DNA from: the human T2T-CHM13v2.0 reference genome, Homo sapiens
Assembly: GCF_009914755.1 (NCBI RefSeq)
Contig: NC_060934.1
DNA: 64,000 bases
Direction: 5' to 3' (one strand)
Both the position numbers and the translations under genes were made by a program. The notes beneath the pieces are model-generated. The model ran no database searches, had not been told where the DNA came from, and saw only the letters and a program-made list of their open reading frames with translations. Below, piece by piece: positions 43,771 through 57,477 of this stretch (positions are counted from its first letter, which is position 1; each line of letters begins with the position of its first letter).

Positions 43771-45936
43771 ATCTCTCCTTTTCCCTGTTATTTTTTGGAG
43801 TTTACTCAAAAGGTGAGTAAAATTATTTTTACTGTTTCTTATTATATTACATAAAATTATTATTTAAAAGAGGAAACCAAATTTTACCTTTGTATTAGTG
43901 TATTATCAATACTAAAATAAATTTTAATAAACCTTATGAGTATATCCAATATCAGTCAGCTTTTGACTACACAAGATTTTCATAAAGCTTTTAGAATCTT
44001 TTACAAATTTTTTTCCTTCTTTTCACAACTTTCTGTATTTAGTTTTATCTATATCTTTCTTCCTTCAACTTGAAACAATCTTTAACTTTTAAACAACACA
44101 AAGTTATTTTTTTCTCACTAAACACAAATTTTCATGCCTTTATGTTTCATCTCATCAAAAACATATTTTGTTTTTCTTTATACAGTCTATATATAGAACT
44201 GTTTCTTTTATATCTAGTCATTTTAATTACATAACCACAGTTTTAACTCTTATTAACCCCACTTTCTAATGAAAACCTAGGAAATAAATAATTTTCAAAC
44301 TATTTTATATCAATATTTGTAGATAAAAACCATTTCATAATTTTTGTAGAAAGATGTTTTCTCAACTTGTAAACAAATCTAAATATATTTTTTCTATGCC
44401 ATATGAAAATAAGATGCCAAATTATATAAACTTAAACTTATATTTAATAATTAATATTTCAGTGTTTTAACTTACTTAGAGATGACTCAGCCATTCTATG
44501 ATTATCTCTTATTTTAATATAACATGACTTTAAGATATTATATTACTGAAAAGAATTTTGATCCTATGACAGAGGTACCCTCCCTAATGTCTTCCCCTGT
44601 TGTCCTGGGTCCCAAATACTCATGCGGTACCCAAGGATGGCTATGAAGGATATGATACATTTGGGTCCTGAATTGACATACCAGGTGTAGAGTTCAGGAC
44701 AGAGAACAGAGCTATGAAGATAATGCCTGGAGGATCTAATTGCTGTCAGCCTGGCTAGGAAGCAAAGGTGAGACAAGGAGGATGGAATCATATTGTGCTT
44801 TCTTCTGCCTTGCAGCTGGTGGTCCAAGTGCTGAGGACATAAACCCAGTCCTCACCATGGCCATTTATTCAGACCCTAGAATCCAGAGGCCCCAAAACCA
44901 AAAACATAACCTCACAGACAAATCAAGGAAGTATCAAAAATATTACTGAGCAGCAGTTTTATTACCTTAAAACATGTATGAGAGACAGCATAATACTCTC
45001 TCACCCATAGACCCAGGCAAAAATGTCTGAATTATATGTAACTGGCAATTCCAAAGACATTCCTATTTTATTTTGAGAACAAGTTTAAAACTGGCTTTAC
45101 TTACCAAATATTATCACATACACATAATCGTATAAAGCTATAAACATACAGACAGAAGCAGATCTTATTGATTTCATAGACAATTCTCCTTTACTGACAT
45201 TCAAATAGATTTTCTTCTCTCCATTTAAAGTATCACCCTTCTAATTTACTGTTTCATTGCCCTAAGCAATTGTTAGCTGGGCAACTCTAAATTCGCATTT
45301 CTAAAGGGATGAGTCTTTGGTGAAACAAGATAGAAAATTTATATCTCAAAAGCACACAGCAGAGATTTCAGGCCAAATACTGTACAATGATTTGCTCAAA
45401 CAAAGGAAAAAAGTTGTAGGTAAAAGTGCAATTAAGACAAGATGGACAGGAAGAGCACCTTAAGCAAAGGTAAGTCTTATGACATAAATTTAAACTAATT
45501 GTAAAAGGTTCTAATGATTCAGTTCTCCCTCTCTTTGTGGTGTACAAAGGCAGACACTCTTAAAACGGTGATTAAAAAATTTTATTTTTTACAAATGGTT
45601 TTCAAAGTAGCCAGCTAAATTCCATGAATATGTATTTGGAAGACTGATTTCATTAAATAGGTGGTCTTTTTTAACTTAGCTACTATTTCTTAGCTAAAAT
45701 ACTAAGTTCAGGGTAGATCCCATTAAGGAATAGGATGAAAAAGCATTCCCTATGCCAGGATTCAGCATGGATAGCTTTGAAAAAGAAGCAAGTCTACGTT
45801 AGCTGAGGGCCTACCTTTTACACATACTTTATCCAGCATAGCTTTCTTTTAACCTTTAAGGAGGGTAGTAACCAAGCCAAAAAGTTAGCACATTTAATTA
45901 TTCTTATCACTTGGCTGCTTAAGCTTTTTATTTGCC

Positions 45937-45939
<3 letters not shown>

Positions 45940-45986
<47 letters not shown>

Positions 45987-46019
45987 TATATATATATATA
46001 TAACACATATATATATATA
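45940..46019. repeat. (TA)n microsatellite
   Basis: About 20 uninterrupted TA units plus degenerate extension. Confidence 0.9.
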
Positions 46020-46030
46020 ACAAAGAAATT

Positions 46031-46165
46031 GGCTGGGTGTAATGGCTCATGCTATAATCCCAGCCATTTGGGAGGCCAAGTCAGGGGGATCACTTCAGGC
46101 CAGGAGTTCAAGACCATCCTGGGTAACATAGCAAGACCCAATCCCCAGAAAAAACATTTTTTTTA
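46031..46165 (+). mobile_element. FLAM_C/AluJ left monomer inside ERV internal sequence
   Basis: ggctgggtgtaatggctcatgc...ggccaggagttcaagaccatcctgggtaacatagcaagaccc. Confidence 0.8.
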
Positions 46166-46452
46166 AATAATGTCTTTTAAAAAAATCAATAAAAATATTG
46201 AAATCTTTATAGAAGTTTCTGCATATTAATAGGAATTCCTTGGTTAGCCTAATTTGGGAGCCCTCATTTTTAAATGCACTTTTTAAAATTCAATGTTGTT
46301 CATTTGGAACATTCCACTGAAATTTTAAATTATCTTTATTAATATTTTGCCATTTCTGTTACAGTTTGTTGCTTCAGGGCCTAATACTTGTACATGTAAA
46401 GACAGGCATAGCTGGAAGGTGGGGTACTCACTTCTTCAGAAATTAAGTGCCC

Positions 46453-47064
<612 letters not shown>

Positions 47065-47554
47065 AAGGTTTCCATTTTTATGCAAGATCTTGGCTTTGAC
47101 TCTGAGCTCCCCTTGATCAATTTAGCCAATGATTTTTCCCTACCTAAACATGCAAGAAGAAACAAAGGGGATAGAACACAAAAATCCTTGTGAATTTCCT
47201 AAAGCCAAAATTTACATCCTCTGTATGATTATCCATTTTACTGCCAGTTTCTGAGTCAGTCATACATCTAAAGCCTCTAGCTCGATCTAATCCAATTAAT
47301 TATTGGATTTAATTTGATCCTCGACCCAGTCTAGTTTCTGTTGTGACTTCCGAACACAGTTCACATAAAAAATTTGCTAAAACAAACTCAGATAGCACAA
47401 AACACAAATCTGTGAAGCTTCAGAATCTGAGAGGGAACTTACCCATGAGCCTCAGTTGCTGTGAGAGAGCAATGGATGCAATGGACCCTGGTGGAGGGGG
47501 TTACCTCTCTGGGTCACTTGATGCTCCTAGGGGTTACTGGAAGTTCTACTTCAT

Positions 47555-47572
47555 GTTCCAATTCTGACACCA
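47555..47572 (-). other. Retroviral primer-binding site, tRNA-Leu(CAA)-like
   Basis: Minus strand tggtgtcagaattggaac matches tggtgtcagaagtgggat at 15/18, 2 nt downstream of the LTR. Confidence 0.75.
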
Positions 47573-47574
47573 TC

Positions 47575-47981
47575 TGTTAAAAGAAAAACGTTGGACAAAT
47601 TCAATAACAGAGTTTAATTGAGCAATTTAACAGAGTTTAATTCATGAATCAAACAGCCCCCTGAGCCAGAATAGACTCAGAGAGACCCCAGCACTGCCAC
47701 ATGGTTGGAGAGGATTTATGGACAGAAAAAGAAAGTCATGTACAGAAAGAAAAAGTTAGGTGCAGAAATAGCTGATTGCTTACAGCTTGGCATTTGCCTT
47801 ATTTGAACTTGGTTTGAGCAGTTTGCTGCCTTTGATTGGCAGAAACTTGGTGATTGGTACAAGAGTATGTTACACTGTGTTTACCCATCCAGTTAGGTTA
47901 CAATTCACTGTGCGCAGAGAAAACTTCAGGCCAAACTTAAAATATGTAAGGAGGCAGCTTTAGGTTAAATTTAATTTAATA
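47575..47981 (-). mobile_element. MER57 (A/B) ERV1 5' LTR
   Basis: Reverse of ttaaattaaatttaacctaaagctgcctccttacatattttaag...tttttcttttaaca; CCAAT boxes. Confidence 0.85.
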
Positions 47982-48324
47982 ATTTAAAAAATGATTGTCA
48001 AACCTGAGGTTACCCAAATTTTCTTCTATGTTTTACTGAACGTTTTCTTATTTTATATTTTACGTTTTGGTCCATGATACAACTTATGCTGTTTTCTGTA
48101 AGAGATGTGGGTAAAGCTTGTAGGTTGTTTTGTTTTGTTTTGTTTTATAACGTAGATATCCAGTTGTCCGAAAACTATTTGTTAAAAAGACTATATTTTC
48201 TTCATTGAATTGTCTTTGCTCCTTGTCAAAGATCAGTTGACTATGTTTGTGTGGGTCAATGTCTGGGCTCTCTATTCTGATCCATTGATCTATGTAACTA
48301 ATCTCACAAGTACCACACTGTGTT

Positions 48325-48873
48325 TGTTACTGGAAAGGGGTCCCAATCCAGACCCCAAGGGAGAGTTCTTGGATCTCAAGCAAGAAAGAATTCAGGACAA
48401 GTCCATAGAGTAAAATGATAGTAAGTTTATTAGGAAAGTAAAGAAATACAGAACGGCTACTCCATAGACAGAGCAGCCCCAAGGGCTGCTGGTTTCCCAT
48501 TTTTGTGGTTATTTTTTACGATATGCTAAACAAGCGGTGGATTATTCATGCTTCTCCTTTTTAGACCATCTAGGGTAACTTCCTGATGTTGCCATGGCAT
48601 TTGTAAACTGTCATAGTGCTGGTAGGAGTGTAACAGTGAGGACGACCAGAGGTCACTCTCATCACCATCTTGGTTTTGGATTTTGGCCGACTTCTTTACT
48701 GCAAACTATTTTATCAGCAAGGTCTTTATGACGTGTATCTTGTGCCAACCTCCTATTTCATCCTGTGAGTTAGAATGCATTAACCATTTGGGAATGCAGT
48801 CCAGTAGGTTTTAGCCTCATTTTACTCAGCCGCTATTCAAGACGGAGTTGCTCTGGTTCAAATGCCTCTTACA
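48325..48873 (-). mobile_element. MER41A-type solo LTR
   Basis: tgttactggaaaggggtccc...gctctggttcaaatgcctcttaca; TSD tgtt/tctt. Confidence 0.9.
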
Positions 48874-49238
48874 TCTTGGTTACTATTGCCTTAAAATATA
48901 TCTTGACATCTGGTAGTATGAGTCTAATTATGTTTTTCTTCACTATTACGTTGACTATTACAGGTCTTTTACCTTTCCAGATAAACATAGCAATCAGTTT
49001 ATTGATACCTACAAAACAGCTAGCTACCATTTTGGTTGGGATTGTGTAAAATCTATAGACCGAGTTGGGAAGAACTGATGTATTAACACTATTGGATCTT
49101 CCAATGTATAAAAACAGTATGTCTCTTCACTTATTTAGGTCTTTTGTTTATTTCATTAGAGTTTTACAGTTATTCACATATAGATTCTAAACTTACAAAA
49201 AATTATACCTAGATATTTTACTCTATTTTCAGTTTGAT

Positions 49239-49790
49239 TGTAGAGTAAACCAAAAATTGTCTACCCCAAAATATATTTCTCCGACATATTTTGAGATGGC
49301 TATTCAGAGAGCCTGCAGACAGGAATAGCCCTGCAAAGTTGCCTTTTGTGGAGGAGATTTGCATCTGTAGAGAAAATCTGCATTAGTGAAATAAACAGCC
49401 AGGCTTTCTCTGAGCCCCTCCCCCATTGTCTGCATCTAAGAAAGATTAACTCAACCACAGGCTATAATCTATTCTTTCTGAGAGCTGCTACCTGTGCAGC
49501 AGGTACATAACAAGACCACCTTTGCAAGCCATCCCTTTCCTCTTCTCTCCCTCTGTTAACATATCTTGCCATGTTCCAAGCTCCCATTCTTTCTGTAACC
49601 TCAAGATGGTACAAAAGCATCAACTATCTGGCTCTTCCTTTGAGTTTTTATATTTTGTATGGCTCCAGTGCTTATAGATGCATGTAAATACATTTTGTAT
49701 GTCTTTTTTTTCCCATTAATTTGCCTTTGGCCAGTTGATTTTCAGTGAACCTTCAGAGGGCAAAGGGATAGTTTCCCCTTGACCCCTACA
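49239..49790 (+). mobile_element. MER34-family ERV1 solo LTR
   Basis: ccccaaaatatatttct...gagatttgcatctgtagagaaaatc...ttcagtgaaccttcagagggcaaaggg...cccctaca. Confidence 0.75.
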
Positions 49791-50176
49791 ACTATAATTG
49801 TGTTGCTTTTTCCAAAATTTCAAAATCCAATTATACATTGCTGATAAAAAGGAGACAATTGACTTGAATATTAACCTTACATTCTTCAACTTTTCAATAC
49901 TAGCCTATTAGTTGTGGGAGTTTTTTGTTGTTGTTGATTCATTGGGATATTATATACAAACAATCATGTCATCTGTGAACAAAGACAGTTTTGTTTCTTC
50001 CTTCACAAACTATATATATTTCCTTTTCTTCTCTTATTCCACAGGGTAGAGGTCCATTATGATCATGAACAGAAGTGCTAAGAAAGAATTTACATGCCAT
50101 ATTCCTGATCTTAGGAGAAAAGGATTTAGTTTTATACCACTGAATATAATGTAAGCTGTAAAATTGGAAGACGGTT

Positions 50177-52831
50177 CTTTCTTTTTTCTCTTTCTTTCTT
50201 TCTTTTTCTCTTTCTTTCTTTCTTCCTTTTATTTTCGATTCAGGAGTACAGGTACAGGTTTGTTATGCATGTAAATTGCATGTCACAGGGCTTTGATGTG
50301 CAGATGATTTTATCATCGGTTTAATCAGCATAGGTAGTTTTTCTATCCTCACCCTCCTCCTACCCTCCAACCTCAGGTAGGCCCTATTGTCTGTTGTTCC
50401 CTTTTTGTTTCCATGTGTACTCAATATTTAGTTCCTACTTATAAGTGAGAACACGAGGTATTTGGTTTTCTGTTCCTGTTAGTTTGCTTAGGATAATGGC
50501 CTCCAGCTCCACTCATGTTGCTGCAAAGGACATAATCTTATTCATTTTTATGACTGCATAGTTTTCCACTCTGTATATGTGCCACATTTTCTTTATCCAT
50601 TCTACTTCTGATGGATATTAAGGTTGATTCCATGTCTTTGCTATTGTGAATAGTGCTGCAATGAACATGATTCCATGAGTCTTTATGGTATAACAATTTA
50701 TATTCCTTTGGGTATATATCCAATAATGGGATTGCTAGGTCAAATAGTAATTCAGTTTTAAGTTCTTTGAGAAATCACCAAACAATGACTGAACTAATTT
50801 ACATTCCCATATAACTAATTTACACTATACAGCAGCGTATAAGCTTTCCTTTTCCCCACAACCTTGCCATGATTTGTTATTTTTTGACTTTTTAAAAATA
50901 GCCACTCTGACTGGTGTGATGGTATCTCATAGTGGTGTTGATTTGCATTGCTCTAATGATTAGTGAAGATGAGCATTTTTTCATATGCTTATTGGCCACA
51001 TATATATCTTCTTTTGAAAAGTGTCTGTTCATGTCCTTTGCCCACTTTGTAATTGGGTTGTTTGGTTTTTGTTGCAGGAAGTCAAGGACCCCAAACGGAG
51101 GGACCGGCTGAAGCCATGGCAGAAGAATGTGGATTGTGAAGATTTCATGGACATTTATTAGTTCCCCAAATTAATACTTTTATAATTTCTTATGCCTGTC
51201 TTTACTGCAGTCTCTAAACATAAATTGTGAAGATTTCATGGACACTTATCACTTCCCCAATCAATACCCTTGTGATTTCCTATGCCTGTCTTTACTTTAA
51301 TCTCTTAATCCTGTTAGCTGAGGAGGATGTATGTCACCTCAGGACTCATGTGATAATTGTCTTAACTGCACAAATTGTAGAGCATGTGTGTTTAAACAAT
51401 ATGAAATCTGGGCACCTTGAAAAAAGAACAGGATAATAGCAATTGTTTAGGGAATAAGGGAGATAACCTTAAACTCTGACGGCTGGTGAGCTGGGCGGAA
51501 CAGAGCCATATTTCTCTTCTTTCAAAAGCAAATGGGAGAAATATTGCTGAATTCTTTTTCTCAGCAAGGAACATCCCTGGGAAAGAGAATACGTGCCTGG
51601 GGGGAGGGTCTCTGAAATGGCCCCCTTGGGTGTGGCCGTCTTCTATGGTCGAGACTGTAGGGATGAAATAAACCCCAGTCTCCCACAGTGCTCCCAGGCT
51701 TATTAGGAAGAGGAAATTCCCACCTAATAAATTTTGGTCAGACCGGTTGCTCTCAAAACCCTGTCTCCTGATAAGATGTTATCAATGACAATGGTGCCTG
51801 AAACCTCATTAGAAATTCTAATTTCGCCCCAGTCCTGTGGTCCTGTGATCTCGCCCTGCTTCCATTTGCCTTGTGATATTCTATTACCTTGTGAAGTACG
51901 TGATCTCTGTGACCCACACCTATTCGCACACTCCCTCCCCTTCTGAAAGTCCCTAATAAAAACTTGCTGGTTTTGTGGCTTGTGGGGCATCACGGAAAAA
52001 ACCTACTGACACGTGATGTCTCCCCCGGATGCCCAGCTTTAAAATTTCTCTCTTTTGTACTCTGTCCCTTTATTTCTCAAAGCGGCCGATGCTTAGGGAA
52101 AATAGAAAAGAACCTACGTGACTATCAGGGCAGGTTCCCTGATAGGTTTTGGTTGTTAATTTGTTTAAGTTCCTTATAAATTCTGGATATTAGACCTTTG
52201 TTGGATGCACAGTTTGCAAATGTTTTCTCCCATTCTGTAGGCTGTCTGTTTACTCTGTTGATAGTTTCTTTTGCTGTGCAGAACCTCTTTGGTTTAATTA
52301 GGTCCCATTTGTCAACTTTTGGTACTGTTGCAAATTCTTTTGGTGTCTTCTTCATGAAATCTTTGCCAGGGCCTATGTCCAGAATGGTATTCCCTAGGTT
52401 ATCTTCCAGGGTTTTTATAGTTTTAGGTTTTGCATTTAAGTCTGCAATCTCTCTTGAGTTGATTTTTGTACATGGTCTAAGAAAGGAGTCCAATTTTAGT
52501 CTTCTGCCAATGGCTAGTCTGTTAACACAGCAGCATTTATTTAATAGGGAATCCTTTCCCCATCGCTTGTTTTTGTCAGGTTTGTCAAAGACCAGGTGGT
52601 TGTAAGTGTGCAGCATTATTTATGGGCTCTCTTGCCTGTTCCATTTGTCTATATATCTGTTTTTGTACCAGTACCATGCTGTTTGGGTTACTGTAGCCTT
52701 GTGATACAGTTTCAAGTCAGGTAACATGATGCCTCCAGCTTTGCTCTTTTTGCTTAGGACTGTCTTGGCTATTTTTGTTGTTGTTGTTCCATCTGAATTT
52801 TAAAATGGTTTTTTCTAATTCTGTAAAGAAT
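50177..52831 (-). mobile_element. L1PA13-16-like 5'-truncated element, split by MER11
   Basis: T-rich tail, 3'UTR, ORF2 remnant 52125-52616 ([20 protein letters not shown]...WEKTFAN). Confidence 0.9.
51070..52144 (+). mobile_element. MER11 (C-like) HERV-K(HML-8) solo LTR
   Basis: tgttgcaggaagtcaaggacccc...ggcaggttccctgata, ~1075 bp; exact 6-bp TSD ggtttt. Confidence 0.9.
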
Positions 52832-52832
52832 C

Positions 52833-55126
52833 AGAAAGATGGCAGATAGAAGGCTCGACCAACTGTCCCTCTATAAGGACACCAATTTAACAACTATCTA
52901 CACACAAAAAAAGCACCAGCATAAGAACCAAGAATCAGGACAGCACTCATAGTACCTGGTTTTAAGTTGATATTACTGAAAGAGGCACTGAAGAAATAGA
53001 GAAAAGAGTTTTGAATCACCAGCATCTCCTCTCCTGCATCCCCCAGCAGTGGTGGTGTGGTGTGGAGAGTATTTCTGTGCAGTAGTGAGAAGAGCAGAAA
53101 GCAAAACAAGACCAAACTCAGGTGACACCCAAGGAGGGAGCCTTTAAACCAGCCCTAGTCAGAGCAGAATCACAGATCCCAGTGGTCAGAACTTGAGCTC
53201 CCACAAGCCTTGGCACCACAGGCTACAGAGTTCTGGGGTAACAAATAAACCTGAAAGACAGTCTAGGCCACAAGAATTGTAACTCCTAGGTGACTCCTAG
53301 TGCCGAACTGGTCCCACAGATAATAGACTAGGGAGGGCATGACCTACGAAGACACCAGCTGAAACAGCCAAGGGAGTGCTGGAATCACCCCTTCTCTAAT
53401 TCCAGGTTGCACAGTCTGTAGCTCCAAAAGAGACCCCTTCTTTCTGCTTGAGGAGAGGAGATGAAAGAGTAGAGAAAATGTTTTCTTGCATTTTGGATAC
53501 CAGCTCAGCCATAGCAGGCAAGGTCCCCGGTCAGAGTCGTGAGGCCCCTCTTTCCAGGCCCTTGCTTCCAAACAACATTACTAGACACACTGGGCCAGAA
53601 GGAAACCCATTTCCCTGTAGGGAAGGACTCAGTCCTGGCAGAATTCAACACCTGTTAACTAAAGAGGCCTTGGGCCTTAAATAAACAGCAGTGATGTCCA
53701 GGTATATTAAGGAACTTAGGTGAGACATTGAGATTTGCTGGTGTCTGGTGAGACTTAGCACATTCCCAGCTGTGGTGGCTACAATGAAAGACTCCTTATG
53801 CCTGAGAAAAGTAGAAGGAAAAATAAAAGGGTCTTTGTCTTGCACTTTAGGTACCAGCTCAGCCACCGGGGGCAGAGTACCAGTGAGCTCTTGGGATCCC
53901 TGATTCTAGAACTTGGCTCTTGGACAGAATTTCTGGATGTGCCCTGGACCAGAAGGGAGCCCATTGCCTTAAAGTGTGAGTCCCAGGCCAGACAGCATTC
54001 ACCACAAACTGACTTAAGAGGCCTTGAGCTTTAAGAAAACATTGATGGTAGTCTGGCAGTACTTCCCATTGATTTGAGGTGGTGGTGGCCATACAGTGAG
54101 GCTCCTCTGCCTTTAGAAAGGGTAGGAAAGAGTGGGAAAGACTGCATCTTATGGTTTGAGTGCCACCTCAGCCTTAGTACAATAGAACACCAGGTAGATA
54201 TGTAAGGTTTTTTACTCTAATCCCTGGCTCCTGAACAGCACCTCTAGATTCACCAGGGGCCTGGAGGAACTTGCCACCCTGAAGGAAAGGACACAGGCCT
54301 GGCTGACTTAGCTACTTGCTGATCATGAGGCCCCAGGGCTTTGAGAAAACATAGGTAGTAACCAGCAAGTGGTTAGAGCAGGGCTTTGTTGAGACTCAAT
54401 GCTGGGCTGGCTTTAGGTCAGACCCAGCATAGTTCTAGGACTGGTAGCCACAGGGGTGCTTGTGTCACTCCACCCCTGGTTCAGGTGGCTCAGAACAGAG
54501 CGAGACTTCATTTGTTTTGAAGAATGTAACGGAAGAGAACAAGAGCCTCTGCCTAGTAATCCAGAGAATTATTCCCAATTTTTGCCAAGAACTTCAAGGT
54601 GGTACCTCTACAAGTCTGCAAGAACTGCAGTGTTACCAGGTTTGGGATTCCCCCTAAAGCAGATATAGCTTAGACAGCACCACCCAAGTTCTTTCAAATA
54701 TCTGGAAAGCCTTCCCAAGAAGGAAGGGTACAAACAAGCCCTGACTGCAAAGACTACAGTAAATACCTAACCCTGCAATGCCCAGACACAGACGAACATC
54801 CACAAGTATCAAGATGACCCAGGAAAACATGACCTCACTAAATGAACTAAATAAGGCACCAGGAATCAGTCCTGGAGAAACAGAGGTATGTGATCTTTTA
54901 GACAGAATTCAAAATAGCTATTTTGAAGAAACTCAAAAATATTCAAGATAACACAGAGAAAGAATTCAGAACTCTGTCAGATAAATTCAACAAAGAGATT
55001 GAAATAATTACAAAGAAATGAGCAGAAATTCAGGAGCTGAAAATTGCAGCTGGTATACTGAACAATGCATCAGAGTCTTTTAAAAGCGGAAGAAAGAATT
55101 AGTGTGCTTGCAGACAGGCTATTTGG
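52833..55126 (+). mobile_element. L1M1/L1MA-type 5'UTR and start of ORF1
   Basis: aagatggcagatagaaggctc 5' end; ORF1 start atgacctcactaaatgaactaaataaggcacca (MTSLNELNKAPG). Confidence 0.8.
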
Positions 55127-55298
55127 CTATCAGCAGCCCTCGGGCTGCTCTGTTTACAGAGTAGCCATTCTTTTATCCCTTTACTTTCTTAATAAATTTG
55201 CTTTCACTTTGCACTGCGGACTCGCCCTGAATTCTTTCTTGCATGAGATCCAAGAACCCTCTCTTGGGGTCTGGATCCGGATCCCCTTTCCTGTAACA
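55127..55298 (+). mobile_element. MER41 LTR 3' fragment
   Basis: cagcagccctcgggctgctctg...aataaa...cccctttcctgtaaca, homologous to ~17015-17362. Confidence 0.85.
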
Positions 55299-55299
55299 T

Positions 55300-57477
55300 T
55301 AGCATATCAATTATTCTCATTAAAAAAAAAGTTTTTAGTGTTTTCCAATGTATTAAATAATATTAAACTAATCTTAGTCTACTTTCAAATAACTCTATAC
55401 CACTTTACATGTTGTTCACATACTGTATAACAGAATATCCCCAGTAGCTCCCTCTCATACCTTGTGAAATTGCTGTCATTTATTTTACTTATCCGTATGC
55501 TAAAATCACCCATCACACTGTTACCATTATTACTTTAAACAAAGACATATTTTAATTTACTTATCAATTTTAAAAAATTATGCCTTCATTTCTTTCTTTC
55601 CTGATGCTCCTTCCTTCTTTATGTAAATCAAAGTTTCCAGCCTATACAATTTTCATTTCATTATCCGTTTTTACCTTTCTTCTAGGGCAGAACTGCTGGT
55701 GATGAATTCCCTCAGTTGTTGTTTTCCTAAGAAAGTCTTTAATTATCTGTAATTTGTAGGGCAATCTAACAGGATATAGAATCCTAGGTTGGTGGTTTTT
55801 CTTTGAACTCTTCCAATATTTTAGTCAACTCTCTCCTTGCTTGCATGGTTTGTGACAAGAAGTCTACTGTAATTCTCATCTTTTTTCCTTTCTATGTAAA
55901 GTATTTAATTTTCTCTGGCTTCTTTCAAGATTTTTCTCTTTGTCTTTGGTTTTCTTCAGTTTGAATATGATATAACTGGTTGTAGTTTTTTTGGAACTTT
56001 TCCTGGCTGGTGTTCTGTAAGCTTTCTGGATCCGTGGTTTGGTATATGTCATTAATTTTGAGAAATTCTCCTCTACTATTACTTGAAATATTTCTTCTGC
56101 TCTGTTCTCTCTTCTCCACTGCTATTCTAATTCCACATGTCACGTTAGACAAAGTATCCTACATTTCTGAGATAATGTTTTATTATTATTATTTTTCTCT
56201 TTGTATTTTATTTTGGGAAATTTCTATTGACCTATCTTCATGCTCACTATTTTCTTGGTGTTCAACCTACTGATAAGTATATCATAGACATTCTCCATTT
56301 TTGTTGTAGTGTTTTTGTTTTCCAGCATTTTCTATTGATACTCTCTTACAATTTCAATGTCTTTGCATAGCTTCCCCATATTTTCTTGCTTTTACCTATT
56401 TTTTCCATTAGATCCCTTAACATATTATTCATAATTACTTTACATTTCCTGTTCTATGTCATATCTGATCATGGTTCTGATGCTTAGTTTGTGGTTTTTC
56501 TTGTCTTTTGGCGTGACTTGTAATTTTCTGGTTAAAGCTGGACATGATATGTCATGTAATAAAAATTTAGATATTTTTTCTAGGCCTTTAGTGTGTGGTC
56601 TTATGTTAATTTGGCTAAGAGCTCTGCTGTGTTTTATGTTTACTGTAGCTGTGGGTGCCAAGGGCTTTACATTTCTCTTGTATCCTTATTTTTGTCTCCT
56701 GTGTTATTTTGGGATTTCCTAAAAACTCATTCTCAGACACAATTTGCATCTTGCAGCTCTTTCAGCTACTATTGTAGTGGAGCCCTGTTGGTATGCTGGT
56801 AAAGTGTGAGGAAGAAGGGATATTCTATAATCATATAATTAAATCTGTTTTATCAGTGCGCCTGTGTCCCAAGGCTGTGTGACCTATGCTTAGATCTCTT
56901 AGTCTTTTTCTTCCCCCTTAGATGAGACAGAAAGGTCAGAGGGGGCCAGGGTGGGAGAGATGCCCTTCCCCCAGATAAGATAAGACTAGTAATGTCATTT
57001 CCCCCGAAGAATAAGGCCTTTGCTCTGGAGAATACTCGGTGTGCTTGTCACAATGGTTACTCCTCCCCTCCCTTGATAAAGCCAGGGGAGAATCTTTCTT
57101 AAGTTTTTCACAGTAAGGATCTGGTATAGTTCCTGAAGATAAAACCCACAAAAATGTAGGGCCCTCCTAGCAGCATAGCATCCCTCCACCCCAGGATTTC
57201 TCACTTTCAAGCTAGTCTATATTCAGCTCCAGCAGTTAATTAACATTACAAGTTAAATGTCCCCACCAAGTTATGGCTACAGTGGCTTTTTCTTCAGGTA
57301 AGCAGATCTTGGCTGTGACTCGCTGGATTTGCCTATTTTTCCAGATTTGGGCCAATCTCAGTTCTCTAATGCATCCAAGAAAAAATGTTGAGTTTTAGTT
57401 TGTTTAGTCTTTTCTTGTGGTATGAACAGGAGTGATGACTTCCAATCTTTACTTGTTGAAGCTGAAACTAGAAGTCT
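55300..57477 (-). mobile_element. Old L1M(C/D) ORF1 and 5' region
   Basis: Frameshifted ORF1-like sequence at 55900-56450; 5' terminus reverse of gacttctagtttcagcttcaacaagtaaagattggaagtcatcactcc. Confidence 0.65.

Larger units (their letters stand above)
47990..50160 (-). mobile_element. Old L1M(C/D) ORF2 region hosting MER41 and MER34
   Basis: Degenerate reverse ORF2 motifs (gatatccagttgtcc, caatcatgtcatctgtgaacaaagacagttttg, ttcctgatcttaggagaaa). Confidence 0.7.

Noticed and set aside
51133-51300. Direct repeat attgtgaagatttcatggaca within the LTR
   Set aside because: As I recall, part of the MER11 consensus rather than locus-specific
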